Positions 37,990 through 50,137 of a DNA stretch of 64,000 bases are shown here, piece after piece. Below the pieces are notes generated by a model. The model had not been told where the DNA came from, made no database searches, and saw only the letters and a list, made by a program, of their open reading frames with translations. The DNA lies in the NCBI GenBank assembly GCA_964270895.1, contig OZ185447.1, one strand, 5' to 3'. Each line of letters opens with the position of its first letter. The first letter of the stretch is position 1. Origin of the DNA: Podarcis filfolensis (taxonomy: Eukaryota). Both the position numbers and the translations under genes were made by a program.

Positions 37990-38330
37990 AGTCACCCTCC
38001 AGGTCTCTCATGGAGGAGGCACACGAAGAAGGGCCTTGGAAGATGATCACAGGGTCTGGGTCGGATCATATGGGAAGAGGTGGTCTTTGGGGTATTGTGG
38101 TCCAGTATCAGGACTTTGAATTAGGCCCAGAAACTAATTTGCAGCTAGTGCAGTCAAGCCAGGATCAGTGTCATGCTCAAACGGTCTTGCCCTGGTGAGC
38201 AACCTGGATGCTGAATTCTGCACCAGATGAAGCGTCCAAACCCATCTTCAGAGGCAACCCCACGTATAGCTCATTGCAGTAATCTAATCTAGTGGTTACC
38301 AGAGCATAGACAGAGGTAGTTGGGCTAATA
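37990..38330 (-). mobile_element. L2-like LINE ORF2 fragment
   Basis: Reverse complement aligns by eye with the + strand copy at 58085-58300 (ggtaacc.ctagattagattactgcaa ... ggtgcagaat). Confidence 0.65.
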
Positions 38331-39123
38331 TTTTTGACAAATGGATAAATTGAGATGAGGCTATGACTGCAATCCTAATCCTGTTTACCTAAGAGTAAAT
38401 CCCATTAATTCACTAGGATTTACTTCTGAGTAGACATGGTTAAGATTGTGTTGTAAGAAATAATTGTCTAGATTTGAAGCAAGGATTCAAAGCTTGAGCT
38501 TATACCCATGGGTAAATTATTTGACTACTTAAAGAGAAATATGTATTCCTAGATGTTCCCAGGTAGTCTGATACAGCATACCAAGTGTGCATCTAGTACA
38601 CAAATGTAAAGCAGTTTATAATTATTTTAGGCATAATAATAATTATATTTAGTGCTTTGCCCCAAAGGAACATAAGAATTGTAGGATGACATCTCAGGCA
38701 GAGATTCCTTGGTCCCTAAAACAGCTACAATTCACTGTGAATGGTAAAAACTTCTATATCTGAAGTTGCATGATTATGCTGGATGTAGGGTAGGGTAAGG
38801 TGGCCAACTGTGCTAGGGCTCCTGTGCCTTTAACTGCTGCCCTATATTCTTCCCCTCATTGTTGAAGTGATTGAAAAAGCAGCACCTGCTGCATTCCCTC
38901 TTTTCATGCAACTGTTAAAAAGGGAGCCCTGCCCTAAAATAATCATTGGTAATTTGCCAGCTTTTAGCAATTGGGGTTGCTAGCCTCTTTGTTTATTGAA
39001 GGAGTTATGTAACTTGAGAAGTAAATAACCAGGCAGAATTTCAGAATTTTTACAAGCTTTCATCAGACCCACCTATCCCAGCATGATATATAAAAATGCT
39101 TCTAGGTCAAGTAGAAAATCCCT

Positions 39124-39470
39124 TGGCGCTGTGGGTTAAACCACAGAGCCTAGGACTTGCCAATCAGCAGGTCGGCGGTTCGAATCCCTGCGAAGGGGTG
39201 AGCTCCCGTTGCTCGGTCCCTGCTCCTGCCAACCTAGCAGTTTGAAAGCACGTCAAAGTGCAAGTAGATAAATAGGTATCGCTCCAGCGGGAAGGTAAAC
39301 GGCGTTTCCGTGCGCTGCTCTGGTTTGCCAGAAGCGGCTTAGTCATGCTGGCCACATGACCCAGAAGATATACGCCGGCTCCCTTGGCCAATAAAGCGAG
39401 ATGAGTGCCGCAACCCCAGAGTCGGTCACGACTGGACCTAATGGTCAGGGGTCCCTTTATCTTTACCTTT
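39124..39470 (+). mobile_element. Sauria SINE (Podarcis/lacertid-type), near full length
   Basis: tggcgctgtgggttaaaccacagagcctagg...ggttcgaatccc (B box)...ggtcaggggtccctttatctttaccttt tail matches the recalled Sauria SINE consensus. Confidence 0.9.
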
Positions 39471-39474
39471 AAGT

Positions 39475-39597
39475 TAAGGTTACCAGACGTCCCCATTTCC
39501 CCGGTACAGTCCCTGGATTTACAAATCAGTCCCCATACAAAATCCATTGAAGTTGAAAAGTGTCTCCGGATTCACTGAAAATTTTTTGGTAACCTTA
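39475..39597. mobile_element. hAT-like MITE
   Basis: TIRs taaggttaccag / ttggtaacctta; flanking 8-mers ctttaagt / cagtaagt (6/8 identical, degenerate TSD). Confidence 0.6.
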
Positions 39598-40456
39598 CAG
39601 TAAGTCAGTCTCAAGTATCTTTATATGCGAGTGGGATTGTACAATATCTGGTAGGAAGGATATGATACCATATCTGGTAGGCCACTTCCCTCGCATGGGA
39701 ATTCCCTTGTGACTTTACAGCTATGTAAAGGACAGGCTTTCAACAAGTGAAGTGTTTCCCACCACTGCTCAAACTTCAGCTGTTATTCTTCATCAGGGCC
39801 GGCTCAAGACATTTTGGCACCTGAGGCGAACCACAAAATGGTGCCTCCCCATTGCCAGGGGAAAAGGAAGTAGTGAAGTTCTACATTGGGAACAAGGGTG
39901 GAAGGGAGACCCACAGCACCCCCTCTTTGTCAAGAGGCTGCTGTAGATCGGGCATGAGGGGGCTCTGCCGTCATTGCCACCATGGGTGGTGCTTTCCTTG
40001 GATGATGGATCTGCTGCCCCCATGGATCCTGCTGCCTGAGGTGGCAGACCCAAAGGAGGGCTTGTGAGAGTGGTTGGGTGCAGGGGCACCAAAGAAGGAG
40101 GTTAAAAAAATGCCAGAGTGAACTGTTCTGGTGCTTTATTAAAAGAAAGTTGCAGACTTCAGCAAATCAGCCTGCCAAGTCTCCCAGCCTTTACAGATAT
40201 GGGACGGACACCGCAGCGAGGACATGGCTTGTCCGCACCCAAGCAAATCTGCATACATTACTTACACACAAAGCAGCACTCGTCACTTTGGCCAGGACTT
40301 CCATCACTCCACCTGACTAGGTGAAGGCATAGGTGGCAAATACCCAAATCTTACAGCTACTTCCCCTTTCTGGGCTCAGAGCTCCGCACCCTAAGCCCAC
40401 ATATAAGGATAACATCAAAGCAAGCCCATTAGCCTATAACAAAGCAAATGCATATA

Positions 40457-40691
40457 CAGTGGTACCTCAGGTTAAGAACTTAATTCGTTCTGGAGGTCTG
40501 TTCTTAACCTGAAGCACCACTTTAGTTAATGGGGCCTGCTGCTGCGCCGCCACTGCACAATTTCTGTTCTCATCCTGAAGCAAAGTTCTTAACCTGATGT
40601 AATATTTCTGGGTTAGCGGAGTCTGTAACCTGAAGCATATGTAACCTGAAGTGTATGTAACTTGAAGCGTATGTAACCCGAGGTACCACTG
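40457..40691. mobile_element. Tigger/pogo-like MITE (cagtggtacctc family)
   Basis: TIRs cagtggtacctc / gaggtaccactg with TA on both sides; same family at 47240 and 52181. Confidence 0.85.
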
Positions 40692-41990
40692 TATAGGAGC
40701 TCATTGCTGCAACAACTACCAATTAATTGTGGGGTTATCTCAACTACCAAGGTGGCGTTAGCAGAGCTTCCAGAACAGATCACCTTTGGATCAACACAGT
40801 GGTTGCCTCACCTTGCCTCACGGATGGGCTGGCCCTGATCCCCACCCTCTCTTTCTTTGGCTGACACTGCAGTGCCCACAACCATTGCAGGCATGATGCT
40901 GAAGTTGGTTACCAGTTCCCAAACATCCAGAAGGCTGTTTTCTACAATACGGTATTGAATCCTGCCTGCTCCAAAGCTTCCCATGATAAAAAGCCACTGT
41001 CAAGAGCATATTCACGTATGAATAATAGCCAAAAGATGTAGGGGGGGGGATAAGGAGCTAGGAGTGCACATCCCAGAATAAGCTCCAAGCACCACAAAGT
41101 TGTGCTTCTGGGGGAGTGTCTCCTGTAAGATGGTGTTGAATTCCATCTAGCTCAAAGCTTACTTGGGGCGCAAGGGACATATATTATTACATTTTTGGGC
41201 TATTGTCCATGTGCAGACACGCACTTGGCTGTTCCTTGCACCCAGAAGATTCCTCAACATTTCATAGAAGACAGTCTCCCAGTTGTGCAGGTGCGTGCTT
41301 TGTGTGGTCCCAAACGTTATCCTGAGTTGCTGGCTCTCAGTTCCTTGCTTTTTTATTGTCACATGTTATCACATATTTAGGAGTGTTGTGCAAAGATGGT
41401 CATTTTGGGCCAAGTCCAATGCTAGTCCTACTCAATGAGTAGCCTCATTGAAATGATCGCATCTAAGTTAGGGTCTGCTCTGAGCAGGACTAACATTGGT
41501 TACAACCCTTAGATGATAGAAAATCATTGCTTGTCCCAAAGGGAAGAGTCCCCTGAAAATGGAGGAATGGGGGGTCAGTATACTTACCTTGTGATTCAGT
41601 TCAGGGACATATATTTCTTTTTTAGTGTTATGAACTTTCATCAGATAAGGAACTGGGAATTAGGAAGCTACTTCAGCATGGTGAGGCAAATCTAGAACTA
41701 GGATATGAGAAGTAGGAACCAGCTTCAGCAACATAATAGTGGCTGAGATGTGTGGCCACACTTCTTTTTTGAGCAGCCCCAGTTCCGTTTGATAAGTTTG
41801 TCGTGTCTAAGAACTCCCAATATGATGATTAGGGGATACAACTACCAATGTCTTTCAAGGTGTGGCCCCTGCCCTTATGATTCCTTCTATGCTGTTAGGG
41901 TCATAAATTAAATTGCGCCATCCATTTAGCATTCTGCTTTCCCTTTAAAAGGTTCTCTCCCACTCGCTACTTTGCTCCTCCTCTACCAGG

Positions 41991-42151
41991 AACCGAAAGC
42001 TTCAGGGGGAATTCCTGGCTACAAAACTCTCCAGAAAACAAGCGCTCTGTTCTGCAGTAAGTTTTCTCCTCTCGCAGATTCCGCTTCCTTTTAGCTAGTA
42101 GACGTCTTCGCTTGGGATGTGCTCTGGATGCTATCCATCTAGAATCGGGAG
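41991..42151 (+). promoter_or_regulatory. MVP: Probable MVP proximal promoter and non-coding exon 1 (IRF core, NF-kB site, ETS core)
   Basis: AACCGAAA 41991-41998, GGGGAATTCC 42006-42015, ccgcttcct ~42080, donor GAG|gttagt after 42151; exon 2 has an acceptor 8 nt upstream of the ATG, so a UTR exon is required. Confidence 0.5.
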
Positions 42152-42741
42152 GTTAGTTACAAAAGCAATAATCCCTTCCAAGGCTGCAGCTTGAGGAATT
42201 CGGAGTTCCTGAATCCTTCCGTCTGCCATTATCTGGAAATTTAATTTGTCTTGCTTTTTCTCCCTCCCCCCCCCCCCAGATACCAAGTGCTGCAGCTAAG
42301 CTGTTCGAGAAGTCTAGCCTGAGATTTATATTTCCAACAACATTCAGGTCCTGTAACTTCCTGTCCTAGTCTTTTTATGTGCCTGATTGCTAAGCACTTT
42401 CCCTGTAATTGCCTGGAGACTTTGATTCTGCTCCGTGGAAGTGGGTGTGTCCGCATCCAGGCTTCTGGTTGTTGCTGGATATTGGTTTCTGCAAAATAGG
42501 GCAGGGCTGGGTTCCCTCAGTTTGTTGAAGGATTAAGTGCAGCGAAAGGCATTGGTTTTAGCACAATGTGGATACAAAGGGTGTTGCACAGTTCCTCCAA
42601 GCCCTGCCCGTGGGGGTAAGCCTGTGGGAAGGTGACTCAGGAGTCGAGGGTGTGCCCAGGGCAGCGTTTTAAACTGGAGATTTCTGTCGGGTTCATCCTA
42701 TTCAGATTGCCCTCTCTTTACAACCGCTCTCAGGAGGCGAG

Positions 42742-42863
42742 ATGGCAGCTGAATCGATAATCCGGATCCCCCCATACCACTACATCCATGTCTTGGACCA
42801 GAACTCAAATGTGACTCGAGTGGAAGTGGGACCCAAGACCTATATCCGCCAAGACAATGAGAG
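42742..42863 (+). CDS. MVP: MVP exon 2, start ([41 protein letters not shown])
   Basis: Acceptor ctctcag| at 42733, ATG 42742, donor AG|gtgagc; canonical MVP N-terminus. Confidence 0.95.
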
Positions 42864-43777
42864 GTGAGCAAGCCTCAAAAAAGGAGGGCGGCGGATGGGT
42901 AGTTTCTGTTTGCCCCCTTTCCTCAGGAGGGCTCCAGTAGTGCCACAAACAGTGGGCGATGCAAGTGTTAGTAATTCCCTGCAGTAGTTATGCTCCTCTT
43001 CCTGCTTCACCATTTTCTCTTTCTCCCACAGACATACACTTCACTTTTTAATAGTTGTTTATGAGAGGCATCGCCCGCCCTTAACCATAAGGTTTTGGGT
43101 TTTTTGTTTTCGATAAATTGGTTTCATTTATACGTAGGGGAGACCACAGTAACAGAGTCATTACTTTAAAATGGCTAAAAGAGAACAATGTCAGAAAGGG
43201 CAAACCGAACTCTATAAAGTTCTTAGGTATGTTACAACAGGCATGACTGTGGAATCTTGCCTAGGCCGAAGCTTACTTCAGGGGCAAAGAACATTCATAT
43301 TTCTGTATTTGCACTAGTCTGTCACCGCACAGCCCAGTTGTAGGTTTGGAAGTGATTTGCATGAAGTCAGGGAAGTGGAGGGGATCCAGTTGCACAATGG
43401 TCATGGCAATGGAGTGAGAAAGGAGAGGCACCGAGAGGAAAGAAGTGGTGCTTTACAAAACGATGGGGAGAGGCTGAAGAGGGTGAGAAGGGGGAAACAT
43501 TGAGGTTTTGTTTTTTAAACAAGTTTTAACAAGGGAGAAAGAGTGAACCAAAATGCCTTCTCAGCTCCCTTCTTGCTATACTCAAACCTGGTTTAAACTG
43601 CCATATCTTTCCCCTCAGTGTCCTTGCAAGGCTACAGGTATAATGAGGTCACTTTGCTAAACCTGAGCTGCCAACAAGCTCGGATATAAGATGTCTTCCC
43701 AGCCGCAGAGAACCCACAAGTCCCCAGTCCTAGCTGAGCCTTTTAATTCTTCCCTCCAAACCTGCTTCCCACTCCAG

Positions 43778-43973
43778 GATCGTGTTTGCCCCAGTGAAGA
43801 TGGTGATGGTCCCCCCTCGCTATTACTGTGTCATCCTCAATCCAGTGGTCCGAGGAGCAGATGGTGCCGTTGAGCTCAATGTCGGGGGGCAGGTGCGGCT
43901 GAGGCATGCCGACCTAGAGATCAGACTGGCTCAGGACCCTTTCCCTCTGTACCCAGGGGAAGAGCTACAGCAG
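43778..43973 (+). CDS. MVP: MVP exon 3
   Basis: actccag| ... CAG|gtaagg, 196 nt; QVRLRHADLEIRLAQDPFPLYPGE. Confidence 0.96.
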
Positions 43974-44303
43974 GTAAGGACATGTGAGCTTCTCCTCTCC
44001 ACAGTGGGGGCCCATAGCGAGGGCAAAATCAGAGGGCCATTAGATGTGGGGCACATGTGTTTGGGCCTACAGCTGTTAGCAGTGATGGTTCCATTAACCT
44101 CCATCATCACAGACAATACGTCTCTGAATAGCAATAGCTAGGATCATGAGCAGGAAAGTGCTCTTGCGCCCAGGTCCTGCTTGGGGGCTTCGCAGGGGCA
44201 TGTGGTCAGCCGCTGTGAGAACAGGATCCTGGACCCGATAGGCCTTTGGCCTGATCCGGTGGGGCGTTCCTTTGAGATTCAGCTCTTTGAGATTCTCCAG
44301 AGG

Positions 44304-44470
44304 AGTCAGAACATAAGAAGTGCCTGGTGGATCAGGCCAGTTGCCCGTTTCGTCCAGCATTCTGTTCTTACAGTGGCCAGCCGGATGCCAGTGGAAATCT
44401 TCATGTGTTAATCCAAAAGCAGGACCTGAGCACGAAGCCTTTGACTTGGGAATTGTTCCATTGCTGCTAT
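44304..44470 (-). mobile_element. CR1-like LINE 3' fragment
   Basis: agaacataagaagtgcctggtggatcaggccag...gtccagcattctgttcttacagtggcc is the reverse complement of a common squamate CR1 tail. Confidence 0.55.
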
Positions 44471-44509
44471 GACTCCCTTTGCTCACTGTCTCCCCCTCCC
44501 TCTCTCCAG

Positions 44510-44633
44510 GGTGTTACACCTCTGCAGGTTGTCCTGCCTAACACTGCTCTGCATCTGAAAGCCCTCTTGGACTTTGAGGATGACCATGGCGGCAAATACA
44601 TTGCTGGGGATGAATGGTTGTTTGAAGGGCCTG
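44510..44633 (+). CDS. MVP: MVP exon 4
   Basis: ctctccag| ... G|gtaagt, 124 nt; [22 protein letters not shown]. Confidence 0.96.
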
Positions 44634-44784
44634 GTAAGTAAGAATAAGCTGAAGTTCAGTTGGGGCACAAATGCTTGGTATGCAGAGTGTTCCAGGTTCA
44701 ATCGTGGGCTTACCCAGTTAAAAGGAACAGGTGGGAGTTGGTGTGAAGAGCCTTCACCTGAGACTTTTGCCGGTCAGACTAGAC

Positions 44785-44912
44785 CAGGGCTTTCCAAACT
44801 TGGTCTCCCAGTTTTGTTTTGTTTGGACTACAGTTCCCATCATCCCTGACTACTGGCCCTGCTAGCTAGGGATGATGGGATTTGTAGTCCAAAACCCAAA
44901 TTTGGGGAAACG
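44785..44912. mobile_element. Palindromic hAT-like MITE
   Basis: ttggactacagttcccatcatccct ... agggatgatgggatttgtagtccaa hairpin. Confidence 0.7.
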
Positions 44913-45012
44913 CCGAACTAGACAATAGGTGGACCCAACAGCCTGGCCTGGTGAAAGGTCAGCTGTGTGGTTTGAGGCCCACCTTCTTGTATAACATCCT
45001 TGTTGTTCATAG

Positions 45013-45144
45013 GCACCTACATCCCACAAAAGGAGGTCGAAGTTGTGCAGACTATCCAGGCCACCATCATTCGGCCCAACCAAGCCATAAGACTTCAGGC
45101 ACGGAAAGAGTGCAAGGACAGAGAGGGCAATAAGCGTGTGACAG
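45013..45144 (+). CDS. MVP: MVP exon 5
   Basis: ttcatag| ... G|gtattc, 132 nt; [19 protein letters not shown]. Confidence 0.95.
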
Positions 45145-45228
45145 GTATTCCTGCCATCCCACCTGCAGTCTTGTAAGGTATTCTGTTTCTCCAATATGAC
45201 CGGCCTTGTGACTCCCTCTTCTTCACAG

Positions 45229-45323
45229 GTGAGGAGTGGCTGGTGAAGCGGGTTGGGGCTTACCTGCCAGGCGTGTTCGAGGAAGTAGTTGATACCGTTG
45301 ACGCCTATGTCCTGACTGAAAAG
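45229..45323 (+). CDS. MVP: MVP exon 6
   Basis: cttcacag| ... AAG|gtgagt, 95 nt; [19 protein letters not shown]. Confidence 0.95.
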
Positions 45324-45842
45324 GTGAGTGATGGGCTTGTTGCCCCTCGTGGTGAGTGGAGGAGGCATGTGGGTCAAGTAGCTGAGCAAGGATGCTTTGT
45401 AGGATATTGTTAAGAGTGCTCAAGGTCCATACTTTGGAGAACGGGGAATCGCAACAGCTCTCAGGGGAAAGTGATTGCTCTCCAGCCTAGGCACTTACAG
45501 TTGATTACCCTGCAGGTGGTTGAAAATATAATATTTTCAGAGTCAGAGCAAACAAGTGGGTGGGACAGCTTTTATCTTTGCCCCCCCCCCCGCTTCTCCC
45601 TCCCCGCTCAGTAGGCTGCCAGGGAAGAGGCCAATATCTTTTGCCAGAGCTCTGAACTGACCACTTGCAAAGTTTTTTTTGAAATACATAATTCAGCTTA
45701 GGGCCATGTAAAATTAGGCAAAGGGCCTCAGATGGCTCACTTGTGCTCCAGCCCAGTGGTTCCCAATTAGCTAAGTACTGATGAACCCCTGTTTTTCAAA
45801 AGCCAAGCCGTTAAACAGCTTACCTAGACCATTCCCCATGCT

Positions 45843-46094
45843 CAGGAGTAAGCAACCTAAGGCCCAGGGGCCGGATGCGGCCCAATCACCTTCTCAATCC
45901 GGCCCACGGACGGTCTGGGAATCCGTGTGTTTTTATATGAGTAGAATGTGTCCTTTTATTTAAAATGCATCTCTGGGTTATTTGTGGGGCATAGGAATTT
46001 GTTCATTCCCCCCCCTCAAAATATAGTCCGGCCCACCACAAGGTTTTAAGGGATGGTGGACCAGGCCACAGCTGGAAAAGGTTGCTGACCCCTG
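45843..46094. mobile_element. hAT (Charlie-like) MITE
   Basis: TIRs caggagtaagcaacct / aggttgctgacccctg; 8-bp TSD cccatgct / cccattct. Confidence 0.8.
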
Positions 46095-46173
46095 CCCATT
46101 CTGCAGTTGGCGTGGCCACCTGTTGGTGACCACATGAACTGCAGAACATGATGGCTCCTTAGGTTTTTATGTA

Positions 46174-46432
46174 CCATATTTTTCGCTCTATAAGACACAC
46201 CAGACCACAAGACGCACCTAGTTTTTGGAGGAGGAAAACAAGAAAAAAAATATTCTGAATCTCAGAAGCCAGAACAGCAAGAGGGATCGCTGCACAGTGA
46301 AAGCAGCAATCCCTCTTGCTGTTCTGGCTTCTGGGATAGCTGCGCAGCCTGCATTCGCTCCATAAAACGCACACACATTTCCCCTTACTTTTTAGGAGGG
46401 GAAAAGTGAGTCTTATAGAGCAAAAAATATGG
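46174..46432. mobile_element. Short Tc2-group-like MITE, same family as 8219-9024
   Basis: TIRs ccatatttttcgctctataagac / gtcttatagagcaaaaaatatgg with TA flanks. Confidence 0.8.
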
Positions 46433-46729
46433 TATATAGGAAGATATATACAGTCTATGCATGTGTGCGGGGGGGGGGAACAGAATTTAAAATGGTCATT
46501 TTAAAAAGTACATGTTCATTAATCTAGATAAAACCTGAGTTGTTACATAACTTCAGACTGAAGTTGCGTATCTTTTTTCCCCTAATGCATCTAAATATTA
46601 TTGAAGTATGATGGTACAGTATCACAGCTGGCTAGTAGAAAGTGATTGGCTACCACAGCCAGCCAGAATGACTAGTTGTGTGTGTGGAGGTCACTTGTAT
46701 GAAAAGTCTGTGGAAAAACAATGGTGGCT

Positions 46730-46875
46730 NNNNNNNNNNNNNNNNNNNNNNNNNNNNNNNNNNNNNNNNNNNNNNNNNNNNNNNNNNNNNNNNNNNNNNN
46801 NNNNNNNNNNNNNNNNNNNNNNNNNNNNNNNNNNNNNNNNNNNNNNNNNNNNNNNNNNNNNNNNNNNNNNNNNNN
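46730..46875. other. Assembly gap (146 N)
   Basis: N run; covers the acceptor and an inferred 11 nt of MVP exon 7. Confidence 0.99.
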
Positions 46876-47101
46876 CCTCCGGGCCTCAAAGACGTTCCGG
46901 GACTCCCAGGGTGTTACCCGGAAGACAGGAGAAGAGTGGCTGGTCACCATGGCTGACACCGAGGCCCACATCCCCGATGTTTACGAGGAAGTCCTGGGTG
47001 TTGTCGATATCACCACCTTGAACAGCTGCCAGTACTGCGTGGTTTGTGACCCAGTTGGAGCAGATGGCAAACCCCAGCTGGGACAGAAGAAGGTGATCAA
47101 G
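46876..47101 (+). CDS. MVP: MVP exon 7, visible part (true start inferred ~46865, inside the gap)
   Basis: [24 protein letters not shown]...GQKKVIK, donor AAG|gtatgc. Confidence 0.92.
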
Positions 47102-47239
47102 GTATGCGCCCAAACTCACGTAGCACAGAGGACTTTGGGGGCACAGTACTTCAAACCTCAGAAAGCACCATGGGAGTTTCACACTAGTAATTACGGCCAA
47201 TCTCCTTACGCTGTAGGAGGGTGAATCTATTTATCTGTA

Positions 47240-47465
47240 CAGTGGTACCTCGGGCTAAGTACTTAATTCGTTCCGGAGGTCCGTACTTAACCTGAAACTG
47301 TTCTTAGCCTGAAGCACCACTTTAGCTAATGGGGCCTCCCGCTGCTGCCGCGCCGCCGGAGCACGATTTCTGTTCTCATCCTGAAGCAAAGTTCCTAACC
47401 TGAGGCGCTATTTCTGGGTTAGTGGAGTCTGTAACCTGAAGTGTATGTAACCTGAGGTACCACGG
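47240..47465. mobile_element. Tigger/pogo-like MITE, same orientation as the 40457 copy
   Basis: cagtggtacctc ... gaggtaccacgg, TA flanks. Confidence 0.85.
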
Positions 47466-47765
47466 TATATTGATATTAGGCAGGGGCCTGCTAAAAACTT
47501 CATTGTTTCACCAAGTCCAGGCATCTAATTTTAGCATGTGATATGCGGTTTTAGTGAGTACAGGTGTTTTATAATGATGTGTGTGTTTTTGTGGTATTTT
47601 TAAATTACTGCTTTAGACTGTCTCGCATCACTTAGGAGGTCTTTTGTTCTAGTAAGCGGTATATACGTTTTGTAAAATAGAATTGCCACATTTCTCAAGC
47701 TAGCTGCAGAGCCGCCCCCCGCCTCCCTCTCTGATTTTCCCCAACCCTCATTGCTGTTTCCGCAG

Positions 47766-47891
47766 GGGGAGATATCATTCTTCCTGCAGCCTGGAGAGTG
47801 GCTGGAGCAGGGCATCCAAGACGTTTACATCCTTTCGGAAGAAGAGGGCCTCCTGCTCCGTGCCCTTCGCTCCTTGGAAGAAACAAATGAG
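47766..47891 (+). CDS. MVP: MVP exon 8
   Basis: tttccgcag| ... GAG|gtagga, 126 nt; [21 protein letters not shown]. Confidence 0.94.
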
Positions 47892-48228
47892 GTAGGAGGA
47901 CCTGAGCTTGCAGTGGGGGCAGGTCCGCTGGAGCACATGGGGCGCTGCTGCCCCATTGCGTGACCGCCAGCCCAACCAGTCCAGGGGGTGGCCCTGGCTG
48001 TCAGCAGCCTCCTCTTTAGTCTCGGCAGCAACAGCAGGTTGGGGGACAAAACTAGAATTCCTTGGCTCTGCCTCTCATTGGCTCTGGCCTCCCTGCCTTC
48101 TGCCCTCCCAGTGGTAATCGGCACCGGCCACCCCTGTGAGCTTGTGCTTGCGCCAGGGAAAAAGACGTGTGGCTTCAACGCAGCTGGGCACGGGAGCCAT
48201 TTCCCCCTGTTGTCTCCCTCACACCCAG

Positions 48229-48387
48229 GACGGAGAGGAGGTTACGCACAAGCCGGGTGACCGTTGGCTGATCCGGGGGCCCCTGGAGTACGTGCCGCCG
48301 GCCGAGGTGGAAGTTCTGGAGCGGCGCCACTCCATCCCGCTGGCTGAGAACGAGGGCATCTATGTGCGGGATATCAAGACGGGGAAG
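48229..48387 (+). CDS. MVP: MVP exon 9
   Basis: acacccag| ... AAG|gtgagt, 159 nt; [15 protein letters not shown]...[13 protein letters not shown]. Confidence 0.95.
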
Positions 48388-48603
48388 GTGAGTGGAGCAG
48401 GCAAGACAGCAGTTACCGGATATCGGCTGCTCCTGGAGAAGCCTCTACGCAGCGCAGCCTAAACACACCAATTAGCAGCACCCTTGAGACACACACACCT
48501 CCAGAGGTCACTGCTAACAAAAGTATCGTGGCACTCAGGACACAGTTTGTGTATTTGTGTACATTATTTATTAACCGTCCTTCAGTTGAAGCTTAAGAGC
48601 AGG

Positions 48604-48604
<1 letters not shown>

Positions 48605-48656
<52 letters not shown>

Positions 48657-48693
48657 CTCACACACACACACACACACACAAAAAAAAAAAAAA
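48605..48693. repeat. Compound (CT)n-(CA)n-(A)n microsatellite
   Basis: Read directly. Confidence 0.95.
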
Positions 48694-49668
48694 TCGGGAG
48701 TGCAAAAGATATCATATGACTTCTATTCTGGTGCCTTGGTTGTGGTCCTTTGCAGGGATTAGAGAGAGAGTCCCTTGAATATGATCCTCGGCTAGAAGCA
48801 ATGCTGAAGGTCGTTTTCCGCCGGCAGGAGACCCCAGTAAAATGTCCCTCCAGCAATCCAGCTGTTTTGCTGTTCTGCTGGAGAGGGTGTCAGGAAAGAG
48901 CCCCCCGTGACACTCCTGGAGGGACTGTGTTCAAGTCAAAGGGTTCCAGGGTCAGATTTTCCCAGCTCTTTCTGAGCTTATTGGGGCAGCTGAACCGAAG
49001 CTCGCTCTCTGATCACCGGAAAGTGCACAACCCCCTCAGAAAACTTTAAGGAATTAGAGGCATTTCTCTTGGCATGGAGGTTGCACTCGGTTGGAAAAGC
49101 TAGGACAGGTTTTTCCAGAAAGGTTGGTTGGCCCATGCATGGTCAGCTGTACTTCCTGCGCGCCATAGGGTTACTCAACACTATAGAGGGTGGTCAGAGG
49201 TCCTTTGAGAAGGAACCATTCTGAGGAATTGTGGTTCCTTTCTTATGCTGTGTAACAGAATGTGCCTCAAACCAGCCCACTAGTTTCTCATATCACATGA
49301 TGGGGAAGACTACTGCTCTCAAGGCAAGACATTCGCTACTTGATGTAACACCCTCTCCAGTTAAGAGTGCCCAATTGGGTTCCTTTCCTATGTCGTTATT
49401 TTTTTCCAATAGATTGAGAAAAAAGTATACTTTCCAATGCTTAGTATGTTTGTTGGTTATTTGTTCCTTGCTTTTGTACTTGCTCCCCGCCCCCCACAAA
49501 AATAATAAAAATAAATTGCCAAAAAGAAAGAAAAAGCATTTGAAAGAAAGAAGCCATTTTGTTTGCTAGGCTGTGTAAAGTGAATATATAATATTCCAGG
49601 TTATTCTGGTAGGCTTTTCAGCCAGTGATGTTACTGCAGTATATTTCAATCTATTGTACTAGAGCTCA

Positions 49669-49806
49669 NNNNNNNNNNNNNNNNNNNNNNNNNNNNNNNN
49701 NNNNNNNNNNNNNNNNNNNNNNNNNNNNNNNNNNNNNNNNNNNNNNNNNNNNNNNNNNNNNNNNNNNNNNNNNNNNNNNNNNNNNNNNNNNNNNNNNNNN
49801 NNNNNN
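49669..49806. other. Assembly gap (138 N)
   Basis: N run; covers the acceptor and an inferred 12 nt of MVP exon 10. Confidence 0.99.
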
Positions 49807-50033
49807 ATTGGCCACACTTACATGATGTCTCAGGATGAGGAGCTGTGGGAGAAGGAGCTTCCGCCCCACGTGGAGGCCTTGTTGACTGTCGGAAGGGACG
49901 CTCTTGTTGATCGTTCCAGGGATGCATCTGAAGGGGGCACTGGGGCGGCCCGTGACCGGACTCGGGTTGTGACCTACCGCGTCCCCCACAATGCCGCAGT
50001 GCAAGTGTATGACTACAAGGAGCGGAAGTCCAG
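49807..50033 (+). CDS. MVP: MVP exon 10, visible part (true start inferred ~49795)
   Basis: [20 protein letters not shown]...[24 protein letters not shown], donor AG|gtgaaa. Confidence 0.92.
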
Positions 50034-50137
50034 GTGAAAGGACCAATGAGGGAGTGTGAGATTTCCCTCCACCCTTGGAAGAAAGCTAAACGTGAAATAT
50101 GAGGGGAGCAGTATGTTATTTGAGGGTCTTGCTTAAC

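Noticed and set aside
35100-42700. PAGR1 or KIF22, expected from human synteny
   Set aside because: No ORF or exon resembling either protein was seen in this interval or elsewhere in the window.
36000-42700. Vault RNA gene near MVP
   Set aside because: Pol III box-like motifs here all belong to SINEs; no vtRNA-like A/B box plus terminal stem and T-run unit was recognised.
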